Positions 51,741-63,592 of a DNA stretch of 64,000 bases are shown in pieces. The first letter of the stretch is position 1, and every line of letters begins with the position of its first letter. The translations under genes were made by a program, and so were the position numbers. The DNA lies in assembly GCF_009914755.1 (NCBI RefSeq), contig NC_060927.1. One strand, given 5' to 3'. Source of the stretch: the human T2T-CHM13v2.0 reference genome, Homo sapiens. The notes under the pieces were generated by a model. The model searched no databases. It had not been told where the DNA came from and saw only the letters and a program-made list of their open reading frames with translations.

Positions 51741-52253
51741 TGGACTCTGGCTACTGAGAGGTGGTTTAACAAGGGTGCTCCTGCCTCTGGGAAGAGAGCA
51801 TAAACCTAGGCCTGTCTTCAGTGGCTGAGCAGCCCCAGACCAGGCAGAGGAAGGTTCTGGGTCCATGCAGACTTCAACTTTAGTCTTCAGTGTTCATTCC
51901 TTGTTTCTGCCCCATAAGAATACCTTGCTATCGGGGAACCAAAGTCAGGAGCTTACAATGGAAATTCAAGCCCCTAAGATCCCAGGGTACATGAGCTCCA
52001 ATATTAAAGCACAAAGGAGGAAACCGAGACATTATTTAAATGCTTTTTAGAGTAAGAGATACAAAGAGTCCCTCACTGTTTTACACTTGTAAAGAGACCC
52101 CTGCTGGATTCCCAGGTATAATCTGCAGTAAAAAGCTACAGGGCTACAACAAGGCCTCTGGTTCCATTGGCTCACTTCCTTTTTCCCCATAGCCTCTGGC
52201 ATAAAAACGCAAACCAGAGAGACACTTTAGAATTCACTTGTGCAGTGCTTTTT

Positions 52254-52274
52254 CTGTCAATCAGCTGCTGACAG
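52254..52274. promoter_or_regulatory. Composite PBX-MEIS/PREP decamer, E-box and second MEIS site
   Basis: ctgtcaatca (reverse of TGATTGACAG) at 52254-52263, CAGCTG at 52262-52267, TGACAG at 52269-52274. Motifs are seen; function is inferred. Confidence 0.45.
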
Positions 52275-52619
52275 TGGAAACACAAAGAAGGTGACATGAC
52301 ACAATTGCTGTTAATATCTATACTTCTGATATGATCATCCTAGAGGAACCACAGTCATCAGCTCTCTGCTCATGGCTCCCCAGGGCACAGAACACTAGGC
52401 AATTAAATGACAGAATTAGGTTGAAATAATGCTAATGGTGCTGATGAGAATGCAAAGGACCAGGCAGGCTGGGGTCCTAGCTCAGCCTCAGGCAGGCAGA
52501 GTAAGTAGGGTTGGGTGTGGATTGTTTTGCATAACAATAGTGTTATGCACATTTATCTTTTTTCCTTTACTGAGACAAGCAGAGAATGATTCATTCCTTT
52601 CTCTCCTATCATTTGCTTA

Positions 52620-52780
52620 GTAGATTAAACTCAAAAAAGCATTTATGTATTAGCTCACATAACTGAAAAATCCAGAGGTCTATTGTCCTCAGGTGTAGCT
52701 GGATCCAGGGGCTCAAACCATGTTGTCAGGACTTAGTGTCTCTCTCTGTCTTCTCTGTATCTCTCTATATATCTCCTTCA
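52620..52780 (-). mobile_element. MLT1J/K LTR fragment
   Basis: ctcacataactgaaaaatccagagg...gctggatccaggggctcaaac. Confidence 0.75.
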
Positions 52781-52930
52781 CTCCTGGAATAGATGGAAAA
52801 AAAGTAGAAGTTCCCAAGGGCAATAAAATCTTATAACTAAGGTGTAGAGTTAGGTAAGGGTGGTCAGAAAAATTTGCAGGCTAAGGAAATGTTTGAGTTT
52901 GAAAATACAGCCTCCAAGGAGGGGTCCGAG

Positions 52931-53118
52931 GCAATGTGTTTTGACCTGTGTCCTCTGAACACCTACAGAAGAGTCTTCTGGGATTGGTTGCCATGAGACA
53001 GTTTCCTGGGCTTCACCTCAGACCTGCAGAATGTGATTCCCAGGAAAAGGCCTTGAGCTATGCATTTCTTTAGCAAGTTCCCTCCAAATCTTGTGCACAC
53101 TTCTGTTTAGAACAGTCT
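52931..53118. mobile_element. MER5A-like hAT MITE
   Basis: ttcctgggcttcacctcagacct...tgcatttctttagcaagttccc. Confidence 0.6.
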
Positions 53119-53619
53119 TAGGTGTAGCAGCCTCTCATTCTGCACAATTAATAAAATGTAATTTAAGGATATACACTGAAGCTAGACCAGGAAATATATA
53201 ATATGTAGGGTGGATACTTTAAAAAAAAAAATCAGAACACTGACTCTGGAAGGCTGTTGGATCCTCCTGCTCTCCAATCCCTTGAGTAACATACATAGGC
53301 AATCCTGACTTGCAGGTGAATTCTGCTGTAGGCAGAGAGCCTCCCTGCGACCTTAGAAGGAGGCAATAACTTCTTTTTCATGCAACAGTGCAGAAAGTAT
53401 GGAAATCTTCTGAAAATCCCATCTCTAGCTGGCTTTTGCTCTGTATGATTTACTTAGAGAAAAGAGCCTGGTAGATTCTAAGGCCCCAGGACATTTCCAT
53501 GAGCTCCTTTCATCCATCATTCCAGTCTTGGAAAGGGAAAGTGCGATGTCCCTAATTCTTGTGCTTCTCGATCAATCTTCCTGCTACACCAGATCCTAAC
53601 ATGGGATGTGTAGTCTACA

Positions 53620-53830
53620 GAGAGATGGCTGGGTCATCATTCTTGCTCTGCCCCTTACAAGCTGAGTGACCTTGAACAAGTTATTTAACATCTCTGAGTC
53701 TTAGTTTTCTCCTAGGCAGCACCTGTCTCACAAGGTGGTGGATGAAACTAAGAGAGAATGCATGGGAGTGAGTGGGAGGCATTTAGCATAATGTCTGGCA
53801 CCTAATAAGTGCTCAATAAATATCAGCTAC
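53620..53830 (+). mobile_element. MIR
   Basis: gctgagtgaccttgaacaagttatttaacatctctgagtcttagtttt...aagtgctcaataaat. Confidence 0.88.
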
Positions 53831-54054
53831 TATGATTTGGTTAGTTCTTATTAGTACTTAATCTGTGATGTGCGCAGAGAGGAGAAATAAGATTTTAATA
53901 TAAGAACGCTAGCAGGCTTTCACATCTTTTGCAAGCCAATAGAGCCTTGGGGAAAGGTTTGGCTTCTATTAGTTTCTCCAATGGCTTTAATTATATATAA
54001 TTACACAGAAGGGATAATGAATACTTAGTTCATTTCCATTAGGGTCTCAACAGA

Positions 54055-54260
54055 GCTTGGTAGTTAAGACCATGACCTTTGGTGCAAAACAGATTTGGGT
54101 GTGAGCCTGGCTCTGTCACTAGTTCTATGATTTTGGGTGAGTTACTGAACCTCTCTAGCCTCAATTTACTAGTCTATAAAATGGGAAGACTAATAGGATT
54201 CATATCACTGTGTTCATTGGAGGTAAAGTATCTGGCATAATGTTTGCTCCATGGAGAATG
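54055..54260 (+). mobile_element. MIR
   Basis: gtagttaagacc...cctggctctgtcact...aacctctct..cctcaattt...ctataaaatggg. Confidence 0.82.
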
Positions 54261-55894
54261 CCCCACCACCACCACCTCATTATGTTCATAGATCCTTGTC
54301 AACGGAGGAATCTCTGTATTTCCTATACTTTACAAAAAGACAATTCTGTTGGGTTTGTCTTTTTTCCCACTTAAAATGGCTGTGCAAAGTATTGTGAATA
54401 TGTTGTAAAACTTCTTACTCTGTACACTAATTACATCACCAAAGAAGGGCTCTACTCAGCTAGAAAGGAGAAGCTTGGATTAGAAGAATGGAAGAAGGGG
54501 ATTTTAATGCCTTTCTAAGGTTACTGAAGGCTATGAATATTCTAGGATCCTTGGAGCTGAGGGTAAGGAGTGCATTATGAAACCCTCTTTGCTGGATTTA
54601 TTTCTCTTCCTTCTCTTTGTCTCCTTTCTTTCTTTCCCCTTCTCTTCTCTTCCCTTTTCTTTTGTTAGATGGATATGGAGATGGAGACATAGTGATCTCT
54701 CACCACCCTTGAAATTGGGCCGTCCCTTTTTTTTTTTCCCCCTTTTTTTTTCTATAGCAGATGATCCTAAAACACAAAAGTACCCATTTGTTTCTTCCTG
54801 CTTATTCATTCTTGCAACAGAATAACAGGAGGATAGAGGAAGGCACTATCAAAGGCATTTCTGTTCAAAAGAAAAACTCCTCAATGATCACTATTACTGT
54901 TGGAAGCTCCTTTTGCTTCTTTGACAGCATAATCACTTTTCTCTCCTTGATTTTTGCCTGTATCCCTGAGGCACCTGAACATGAGATAGTTTTCCCTTTT
55001 TCAAGATGTGTCTGATGCACAGAAAGCAGCAGACGAAGCTCATGATGGCCCTGGGGCATAGCTAGGGCAGTGGCAGGCCATGCACAGCTGGGTCTGTGTT
55101 GTCCCTGGTGGGAGGCATATCACTACTGGAGCACAGGAGGATTTTGGGAGGCCCATGGACAAAGCATCCAAAAAACCATCAGATCACAAGGTGAGAAGTT
55201 ATTCCCTCTCCACTTCTCTCTCCAGCCTCAAGAGCAGGACTCTGTCTGGTGCTAGGGTATTTTAACGCCTCTCTAACACTTACTAATGTCCCTTTGTAAT
55301 AAAGTGAGAAGGCAAGCCTCTGAACAGGGCTTTCAGCAGGCAATGGTACCCAGCTAGAATTTAATAACTTTTTTTCATGATATTCATGAAATATAGCTTC
55401 TATATTTATAGCAAGGGATACTGGTTTTCTATTTGCTGCAGTAATTATGAGTTTCCTTTTCATTGAACAATGTAAGAAACATAAAAATTAAATGAAAACA
55501 TAATAAGTAAACAACATAGGTATTATGTAGATATGACAAAAGTGTTGAAGGTTGGGAAGACTGAGGAGGACTGAAGTTTGGGAAAACCACCCTTGGTACA
55601 GTGACAGACCTTTCCCCTTTTGGGCTTACTTCCAAAGTAGATCTACCTTCCCTTGAAGCCAGATGTCTGGATGCATTAGTTTGTGAGATTCTCTATGAAT
55701 GCACAAAGACAAGATCTCCACAGGGATAAAGAGCGTGCTAGGGAACATTTTAGCTTTAGTCTTCAGTCTTTAAGTAGCTTTATGAGAGAAAGAGGCCCAC
55801 TAGGTTCTTTCCATAGGAGAAAGTTCAGGGCAGCAGGGAGATGGGGCTTTAGAGTTTGGTTGACTTGGGTTTTCATCTCAGCCAGAAAGGTACC

Positions 55895-56142
55895 ATTGTG
55901 GACTCTGGATTTATATCATCTGGATTCAAATGAAAGCTCTGACACTTACTAACTGGGTAACCAAGGGAAAGTTACACATATTTCATGCTGTAATTCTCCT
56001 ATCTGTAAAATGGGATAATAATAGAATTTACTTAGAGGGTTGTTGTGAAGATTGAATAAGTTAATAATGTAGACTACCTAGAAAAAATGTCTAGAACATA
56101 ATCTCATGGTAAGTGCTCAATAAATATTAGGTGCTATTATTG
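55895..56142 (+). mobile_element. MIR, near full length
   Basis: atctgtaaaatgggataataatag...gggttgttgtgaagatt...gtaagtgctcaataaat. Confidence 0.9.
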
Positions 56143-56155
56143 TCATTGTCATCAT

Positions 56156-56189
56156 CCACCACCACCACCACCACTACCACCACCACCAC
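56156..56189. repeat. (CCA)n trinucleotide repeat at the MIR tail
   Basis: About 11 units with one CTA variant. Confidence 0.9.
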
Positions 56190-56969
56190 GGGTGACATTC
56201 TCTCTGAGTCTCATGTTCCTTTGTTTGTAAAATCAGACTGGTACTACCTGCTTCAAAATGTCATTGGTGCATGAGGCTGATGCACAATAAATGCCAGCTC
56301 CCTACCATTCACTTTCCCTAAAAATGTGAAACTTGTAAGGTGATGCAAACTTCCAAAGCTATGGGTCTTTAGCCTTTGAACCTTACTGAATTGTGAATGA
56401 AGCACCACCTCAATGGGGTTTATGAGTGCTGAGGCACCTATACACACCCATGCATGGAGTTTCTGGCGATGCTTGATATCCAGTTGTGGGAGACATACAT
56501 GAATGTCAGTTGTTCAAAATGGCACTTTTGGCTTTTAAGGAAGTTCATTGACCAATTAAGCCCAGCAACCGTAACCATAGATCCAGCTGGAGCATGGATG
56601 AGCTCCTTTTCCCTGAAGATAGATACATTAAAGTCTTTAGCAGCTAAGACCAATTTTAAACCCATGCTACTTCTCTCGGCTGAAGTGAGCACCATTTTAT
56701 TAAGTTGGTAGTGAGCTGTAGCTGCCCCACTTTCTTATTGTTCATCTACTATTGATCTAAACTAATCACTTAATTAGCCCAGACAAGAAGGCTTCTGCAG
56801 TGTTAAATAACTCTAAAAACCTACTGGAAATGCTTGAGTGGCCTGATTGGATTTAACTTGCAGTTCATTACTTTTAGACTAAGATATGTTAAATACAGGG
56901 CCTGAAAAACAGCTAGATTCTGCATTAAGAACACATTTTATTTACTTAAAAAAAAATATTCCTTTAGGC

Positions 56970-57159
56970 CAGTGGTTTTCAAAGTGTGGGCCCTGACCCA
57001 CCAGTATCCATGTTACCTGGGAACTTGTCAGTCCCTGGACCCACTGCAGACCTACTGAATCTGAAACTCTGGAAGTAGGGCCTTGCAATCAGTTTTAACA
57101 AGTATTTAAATATCAGTATCTTGGTGATACTGATGGAGGCGTAGGCATGAGAACCACTG
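56970..57159. mobile_element. MER5A (hAT-Charlie MITE), full length
   Basis: Terminal inverted repeats cagtggttttca...tgagaaccactg; cagacctactgaatctgaaactct; TSD ctttaggc/ctttagac. Confidence 0.9.
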
Positions 57160-58218
57160 CTTTAGACTGTCTCACAAAATTATGGACTTATTTTATTCTC
57201 TCTGGCAGCAAGAAGAAAAAGAATAAAGGAGAAAAAAAGAAAAAGGGTGAGGGGCAAGAAAGAAAATTAGAAAAGTGGGAGACCTGAGCAACCTGGATAG
57301 GAAGTTCATTTACTGAAGTGTGACCCTGGACCAGCAGCACGGGACTCTTTTAGAATCTGGGAGCACTATTTGAAATCCTTCCTTAGGAACCAGGCATACC
57401 AAAGGGAGGTGTTCACCCCAAGCCAGGGTGATGAGACAAAATGCTCAGAGAGTGAGCAAAATGCTGCTGTGCTGTCAGAAAATGAGAGGATAGTGTGACA
57501 TTTGCAGAGTGAACTAAAGAATCCAGGAAAGTCCCATTAGCTCTCCAAGGCCTTCCCTGAGATGGGCACACAGAAGTTATCCAGTAAATGCTCATTGAAC
57601 TGACACAGATCGAGACTTAGTGGCCTAAACTGCTTCACCTGCAAATTCTCATCTGAGAAAGTAGGTATGTTTATTGGGCCTGGTCTGTAGGGAAAAACAA
57701 GAGTTAGCCCACAGGACATCTACTGTTCTCACTCTTCCTGCCTTCTGAAAAACAGCTTGGCATAGGGAAAAGGGCAAGGAGTTCATATATAGACAGGCAT
57801 TCTTATTTGTGTCTGACCTGAAGCAAGTTACCAACTCTTTAAGCTTTAGTTTCCTTGTCTATAGAAGGAGAGTAACAGTTACTTACAGATGATTTTGCTC
57901 AGCACTGAGTACCAGCACCTAGTACATATAGTATTTGGCATACAATAGGTGTTGCATAAATATTTGTTAAATAAAAAATTTTTAAAGGGAGGAAGAAAGG
58001 AAGGAAACATAGAATTTTTAAAGATTTAAATAATGCTTTGAAAATTCTTAGCATAATGACTGGTACACAGATATTCTTCAGTAGTATCCAGTATTATGAT
58101 GAGGAGGATCCAATGTGATGAGGAAGAATAGATTTAGAAAAAAATCTTCTCAGTGCCTAGAATAGACTCTATATTCTTACTGAAACTAGGCCTGCTCTTC
58201 CCATTCCTCCACGGTTAC

Positions 58219-58559
58219 TCTCTTAACCTGTTCAGGCTGCTATAACAAAATACCATAAACTAGGTGGCTTATAAACAACAGAAAATTATTTCTCACAGTT
58301 CTGGAGGCTGGGAAGCCCAAGATCATGGCGCCGGCAGATTACTTGTCTGGTGAGCACCTGTTTCCTGGTTCATAGACAGTGCCTTCTCACTGTGTCCTCA
58401 CATGGTGGAAGGGGCAAGGCCACTTGCTGAGGCTCTTTTTTAAGAGACTCTGCCATCATGGTCTTATCACTTCCCACAGGCCCTTGCTCCTCTTAACACT
58501 CTCATTGGTGATTAGGTTTTAACATGGAATTACGGAGGGGAGACAAGCAGACCTTAGCA
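58219..58559 (-). mobile_element. MLT1A/A0 solo LTR
   Basis: ggctgctataacaaaataccata...gtggcttataaacaacagaa...ctgtgtcctcacatggtggaagggg...gaccttagca. Confidence 0.92.
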
Positions 58560-58689
58560 GTCTCTCCACTTTCCAGTTATGCCTTCAGGGCTGCCTCACC
58601 GCTGTTCCATGCATAGTAGGTAATAAAGATATTTTCAGGGCCTAAGTGAACTACATGGATGTGACAATGATTGAGGGTTGTTGGTCGTA

Positions 58690-58870
58690 GTCATAGTCAT
58701 TCCAGGTAGGAATGACCCAGGTTTTATTCTGATAACTAAGAAGTTACATCTTAATTATTTTACATTGTTTTATTTCCAGGTTAGGTAATCATTAACCCTT
58801 TGATTAACACATTTGCTTTAGGGTAAAAGTAAACATGTTTAGAAACATCTCTCCCCGCCCCCACCAATAT
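58690..58870. promoter_or_regulatory. Candidate endoderm/intestine-type enhancer (HNF1, TCF/LEF, FOXA, GATA, TEAD, GC-box motifs)
   Basis: Dense motif cluster in repeat-free sequence (see findings); function is inferred. Confidence 0.45.
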
Positions 58871-59084
58871 GTTATTATCGTATACAAATGCCATTATTTG
58901 CACTCACTTACATGACTAAAGGGAGGTTTTCACCTTGAGAATATTTGGATATCCCTTGCTTTTCTTTAACCATTCCTCCCCCTTTGTCTTTGTACATCAG
59001 CACAAAGGAGCAACTTGCCAACTCAATAGACTTAGGAGAGAAATTGGGAATGGTAAATTTGCTGAGAGTCCATGGTTACCAGTT

Positions 59085-59280
59085 CCTCTTCAAAGAACAT
59101 GGGTTTTGGGGTTACACCCGAGTTCAAATCTCACATCCACCCATTACCAACTTTGTTACCTTGAGCAAGTTACTAAATCTTTCTAGGCATAAATTCCCAT
59201 GTACATTGTATGAGGATCTTGTATAAATTAAATGACATCATTTACAAATGTATCTACAGCAAATATTCAACAAAAGTTCA
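59085..59280 (+). mobile_element. MIR
   Basis: aagaacatgggttttgg...gagttcaaatct...ttaccttgagcaagttact. Confidence 0.75.
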
Positions 59281-60005
59281 TTTCCTTCTTACCAGCATGT
59301 TGAGCAAGGACATTCAACAGATGGAGACACCCAGAAGAAGGAGGTACATGCCCAGACCTTAGTCTGGAGGTTGGATTCAGGGAAGGATGAATGGTAGAGG
59401 TTTCTGTTCAGTAAGACACATGGCTCCTGGTCATCATCTGAAAGAATTGGTGGGGGTTTAAAAGTATTGTTCTATAGCTTTGGGTCAACTGTGATGAAAG
59501 CAATCATGGAGGAAGATCCTTTAAACCTCCTTGCCAAAAATGGAGGATCATTCTTTTCCACCATGTGGATTTTGGTGACAGGTATAACAATAAAAATAGG
59601 AATGAGCTGAGAGTTGGAAAAGTGAGAACTCAAAGATAACGGGAGAATCTTCTTTGGAATGTCATCAGTACAAGGAGGGAGTAGCTGCCATGCTGTTTCT
59701 GTCTAACACAACAGACATGTGATAATGGAAATGGATGTTCATGCACACATCCAGTTACCCACTGCTCACCATAAAATTAGCAACACTCCAGCCCCTGTGC
59801 AAAAGAGAAACAGAGTAGTGGGTATTTGTGTCCAAGAAGAAATCAGAGAGAAGAAGGATTCTGCCAGGGACATTGTTCTGAATTAAGCATTGGTTTTCAT
59901 TGCTTTTGGTATTTTCTCCATGTAGACCAGACCCACTTTAGCAAACAGAGTCATCATTGGCTTTTCCCATATTGGTATCATTAGGCTTTGTTTAGTTCTT
60001 GAAAC

Positions 60006-60561
60006 TGCTACAGGAAAGGAGTCCCCATCCAGACCCGAAGAGAGGGTTCTTGGATCTCACACAGGAAAGAATTCAGGGCGAGTCCATAAAGTGAAAGCAA
60101 TTTTATTAGGAAAGTAAAGGAATAAAGAATGGTTACTCCACAGAGCAGCCCTGAGGGCTGCTGATTGCCCATTTTTATGGGTATTTCTTGATGATATGCT
60201 AAACAAGGGGTGGATTATTCATGCCTCCCCTTTTTAGACCTTATAGGGAACCTTCCTGACATTGCCATGGCATTTGTAAACTGTCATGGCACTGGTGGGA
60301 GTTAGCAGTGAGGACAACCAGAGGTCGCCCTCATTACCATCTTGGCTTTGGTGGGTTTTAGCCGGCTTCCTTCCTGCAACCTGTGTTTATCAGCAAGATC
60401 TTTATAACCTGTATCTTGTGCCGACCTCCAATCTCATCCTGTAACTTAGAGTGCCTTAACCGTCTGGGAATGCAGCCCAGTAGGTTTCAGCCTCATTTTA
60501 CCCTATATAATAATGATCTCCTACTCAAGATGGAGTTGCTGTGGTTCACACACCTCTGAAA
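60006..60561 (-). mobile_element. MER41A solo LTR (ERV1), full length
   Basis: aagagagggttcttggatctc..., gggaatgcagcccagtagg, caagatggagttgct...cctctga; perfect 4-bp TSD aaac; lacks the GAS-bearing block of MER41B. Confidence 0.93.
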
Positions 60562-61309
60562 AAACATCTCCTAAAAGGCTCTGGAAACAGTTCGTGTTTA
60601 CAATGGCCTCATGGGGCCAGCATGGAAATAGAGTGTTTCAGGCTGGCCTTCCCCACCTGCAGCCTCCACAGCCTCCAAACCATGCCAGAATTACAGGAAG
60701 AGCCTGAAATGAGAAAACCCATGGATTGACAGGTAGGAATGAAACTCTCCCAGCATTTTAGTTGCATAGACAAAATGGAAGAAAAACTGCAAGTAGGCTT
60801 GCAATATGACTCAACTAACTGTTCCACGTGACCAAGCGTTGATTCATTTCTTCAATTCAAAGTCAAACAGTGAAATGTGGAATTAGCCCTGAAGGCAGGG
60901 GCCAGGCATTCTGGTGACATTTGCCATTACAACCTGAGAGAGGTTCAGTGTTTGACATCCTGGGTATAAGAATAATTGTTACTTTTAGGGCTGTTCTCTG
61001 GATCACAAATCAGTAACCCTCTAGCAGAGGGAAGATTACCAGTACTTGCCATCTTCTCTCACTGGCATTTTCTCTACTGAGCACATCCTGTTCAGACTGC
61101 AGTGCTTTTTACCTTCAGCTAAGAGCGAAACATCCTAGACCAGGCTTGGGAACTAGAGGGCTTTCCAGTCTCAAGGAAGCAGCAACAATCATTCCCAATA
61201 AACAGGGCTTTGGCAAAGGCATATAATAAGATTTTAAACAAGATGCCGTTGAGTTCTACTCAGTCTGTTGTCTTATACCAGATCAAAACCATCAAATGCC
61301 AAATGCCTG

Positions 61310-61745
61310 AAGTCGCTGTTTCAATGTTGGCTCCCAAAAATGATAAGTCTGCGTCAAATCCCTGAAATCTGTGTATGTGACATTATTTGGAAAAAGGGAG
61401 TTTGCAGATGTAATGAAGTTAAAGATATTGAGATCGTCAGCCTGGATTATTCAAGCGGGCCCTGAATCCAATGACAAGTGTTCTGATAAGAGTCACCCAG
61501 AGGAGAGAGACACAGAGCGAGGAGGAGGAAAGTGAGATCAGACAGAGACCAGCAAGATTCCAAGGAACGCCAAGGATCATCAGCCACCAGCAGCAGCCAG
61601 GAAAGAGGCATGGAATGGGTGCTGCCCCAGAACCTCTGGAGGGAGCATGACCTTGCTGGATTTTGGATTTCTGGTCTCCAAAACTGTGAGAGAATAAATT
61701 TCCATTTGTGGTCATTTGCTATGGCAGACACAGGAAACTGATACA
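61310..61745 (+). mobile_element. MLT1C solo LTR
   Basis: ttatttggaaa...tttgcagatgtaat, ccaaggaacgccaaggat, aactgtgagagaataaatttc, ggaaactgataca. Confidence 0.88.
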
Positions 61746-62959
61746 CCACATGTTGGTGATGGTACTGGGGTCTGGGAGTGGCCCATAAGCCTAAAGAGAT
61801 TCTCAGAGTCTTTGTGTGAAAAAGAAAAATCCTGGTTTTGTTCTTTGTAGCAGTGCTATAGATGTGTTTTATTTTCCTGTGTAAACTCTAATCCCCACAT
61901 TTATTAATATAACAGAGGAAAGAAAGAGCCCACTACCGTCATCTTTCCTTGAAGAAATTGACTATTGTGGGCAAGGGGCTTGCTTCCTAACACTCCTTAC
62001 ACTCCTGCCACTCAAACAGCTCAGTCTGAAAGGTCCCATCACTGCATTACATGCTTGTTTTGTTCCTGAAGCTGATTTTGCCATTTTAAGCTCTTGAGCT
62101 TTGCTTCTCTGCACTGAAGGCAGGAAGAGAATATAACCGAGGAAAGGTTGTACATTTCTTGTTCTATTATGTTACCTACCAAAATGGAAACTCTAAATCT
62201 TAGCCTCAACAAACCTTTGGTTTATAGGAAGCACACTAGTTCTAAGAGATCCACTTCCTGAGTTATGCCTTTCAGAGACTGTAAGATATCAATTTTTAGG
62301 TTAGCACAGGCTAAATATTTTAACTACCATTTTATTTCCATCCAGGCCAAGGGACAATTTAGGAAAGGTTCTATTCTGAGTACATAGCCAAGGAAGTGTG
62401 GAAAGGCTGTTGATGCCATTGTTTAGAAGTTAGCCTGTCATTCATCATGATTGAAACATAACCCCAATGGCTTCCACAAGTGTAATAAAACGCTTTGCAA
62501 AAGGTTGCAGAATTGCAGGATGTAATAAAATCTGCTTAGCTTCATTTCCAATGCCGCAGAGTTCTAGAGAACGAGACCCATTTCCTTATGCCTTGGGATT
62601 TGTTCAAGTTACTTTCATGCCTGAAAATGACGGAACATAAAAACAGACATTTAGTTAGAATCAATAGTATCTTTTGAGTCATGGCAATAAATAAAATATA
62701 AGTTTGTTTACTGCTAATCTTTTAGATTGCCATTAGCATTTTACAAGAGGCCCTGTTGATAGGGATGAATTATATAAAATAGATGGACTGCAGCCCTGCT
62801 GATGCCTGCAGTCACTCTGGATTCTCACATTTCCTGTGGTCTCTGGCTACTGCCCTTGTCACCAGAGGTCAGTGGCATGGTCTCTTAAGAGTGTCTGTTA
62901 TAGACACAAATCTTACCTAGAAACAAGCCAATTCAGGTCTGTATTAATTAGGTGAGGAC

Positions 62960-63130
62960 AGGATCCCAAACAGCCATTGTCAGAATTGCCTGCTGACCAC
63001 TTGTTAAAAACACAGATTTCTGGGCTCTGTCTCCTACATGATGACTTAGCAGGTCTGGATAAAGGCCCAGGAATCTGTGTTTCTTGGCAGGTTCTCCACA
63101 TCTGAGTTGTTCAACCCCTGGATGTTGAGG
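62960..63130. mobile_element. MER5A/B-like fragment
   Basis: cttgttaaaaacacagatttctgggc...ggcccaggaatctg. Confidence 0.7.
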
Positions 63131-63592
63131 TGCTGTGCAGGAGGCAGAATGAGCTTTGCTTCAAGGCCAAGACACCTTAAGGTCAAGTATCTTAGGCCAG
63201 GCCTAAAACAATTTCCACTCATAAAATGGGAACATAGGGAGAAAGTCCTTTAATCTTATTTGGCAAGAAAATGAGGAAATCCCTTGGTGGTATAGTGGTA
63301 TGGTGGCCCAGCTCCACATCCAGGAGAGCATGGGAATGCATCTCAGGGCTCTGCCCCCTCCACCCCCGTTGGAGCCTTAGCTTCCGGGCCTTAATCATTG
63401 GTATCAGTAAAATGAGTGTGGTGAGGAACTGGGCTAGCTGGGACTGCTAGTTTGGAGGACATTGAAAGCAGAGTATCATAGGAAAGAGAAAATTAAATAG
63501 GAGGGAAAAAAAATGAGGACTTCCTGGGTTATATTTTATAAAATTTGTGAAAGATTGCAAAAAGGGTGCTAGGAGATGTTTGGGGTAGCTCC

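Noticed and set aside
56438-56711. Two overlapping antiparallel 85-aa ORFs in unique-looking DNA
   Set aside because: No homology I can recognise and no splice or promoter context; would need tBLASTn/PhyloCSF support.
58770-58790. 5-nt microexon (ttccag|gttag|gtaatc)
   Set aside because: Not frame-preserving, no known host gene, and the bases are better explained by the overlapping HNF1-like site.
60006-60561. MER41 as an interferon-gamma/STAT1-inducible enhancer
   Set aside because: This copy reads ggggaggcatgaataatcc on its sense strand, so it lacks the tandem GAS block of MER41B; it is the MER41A type.
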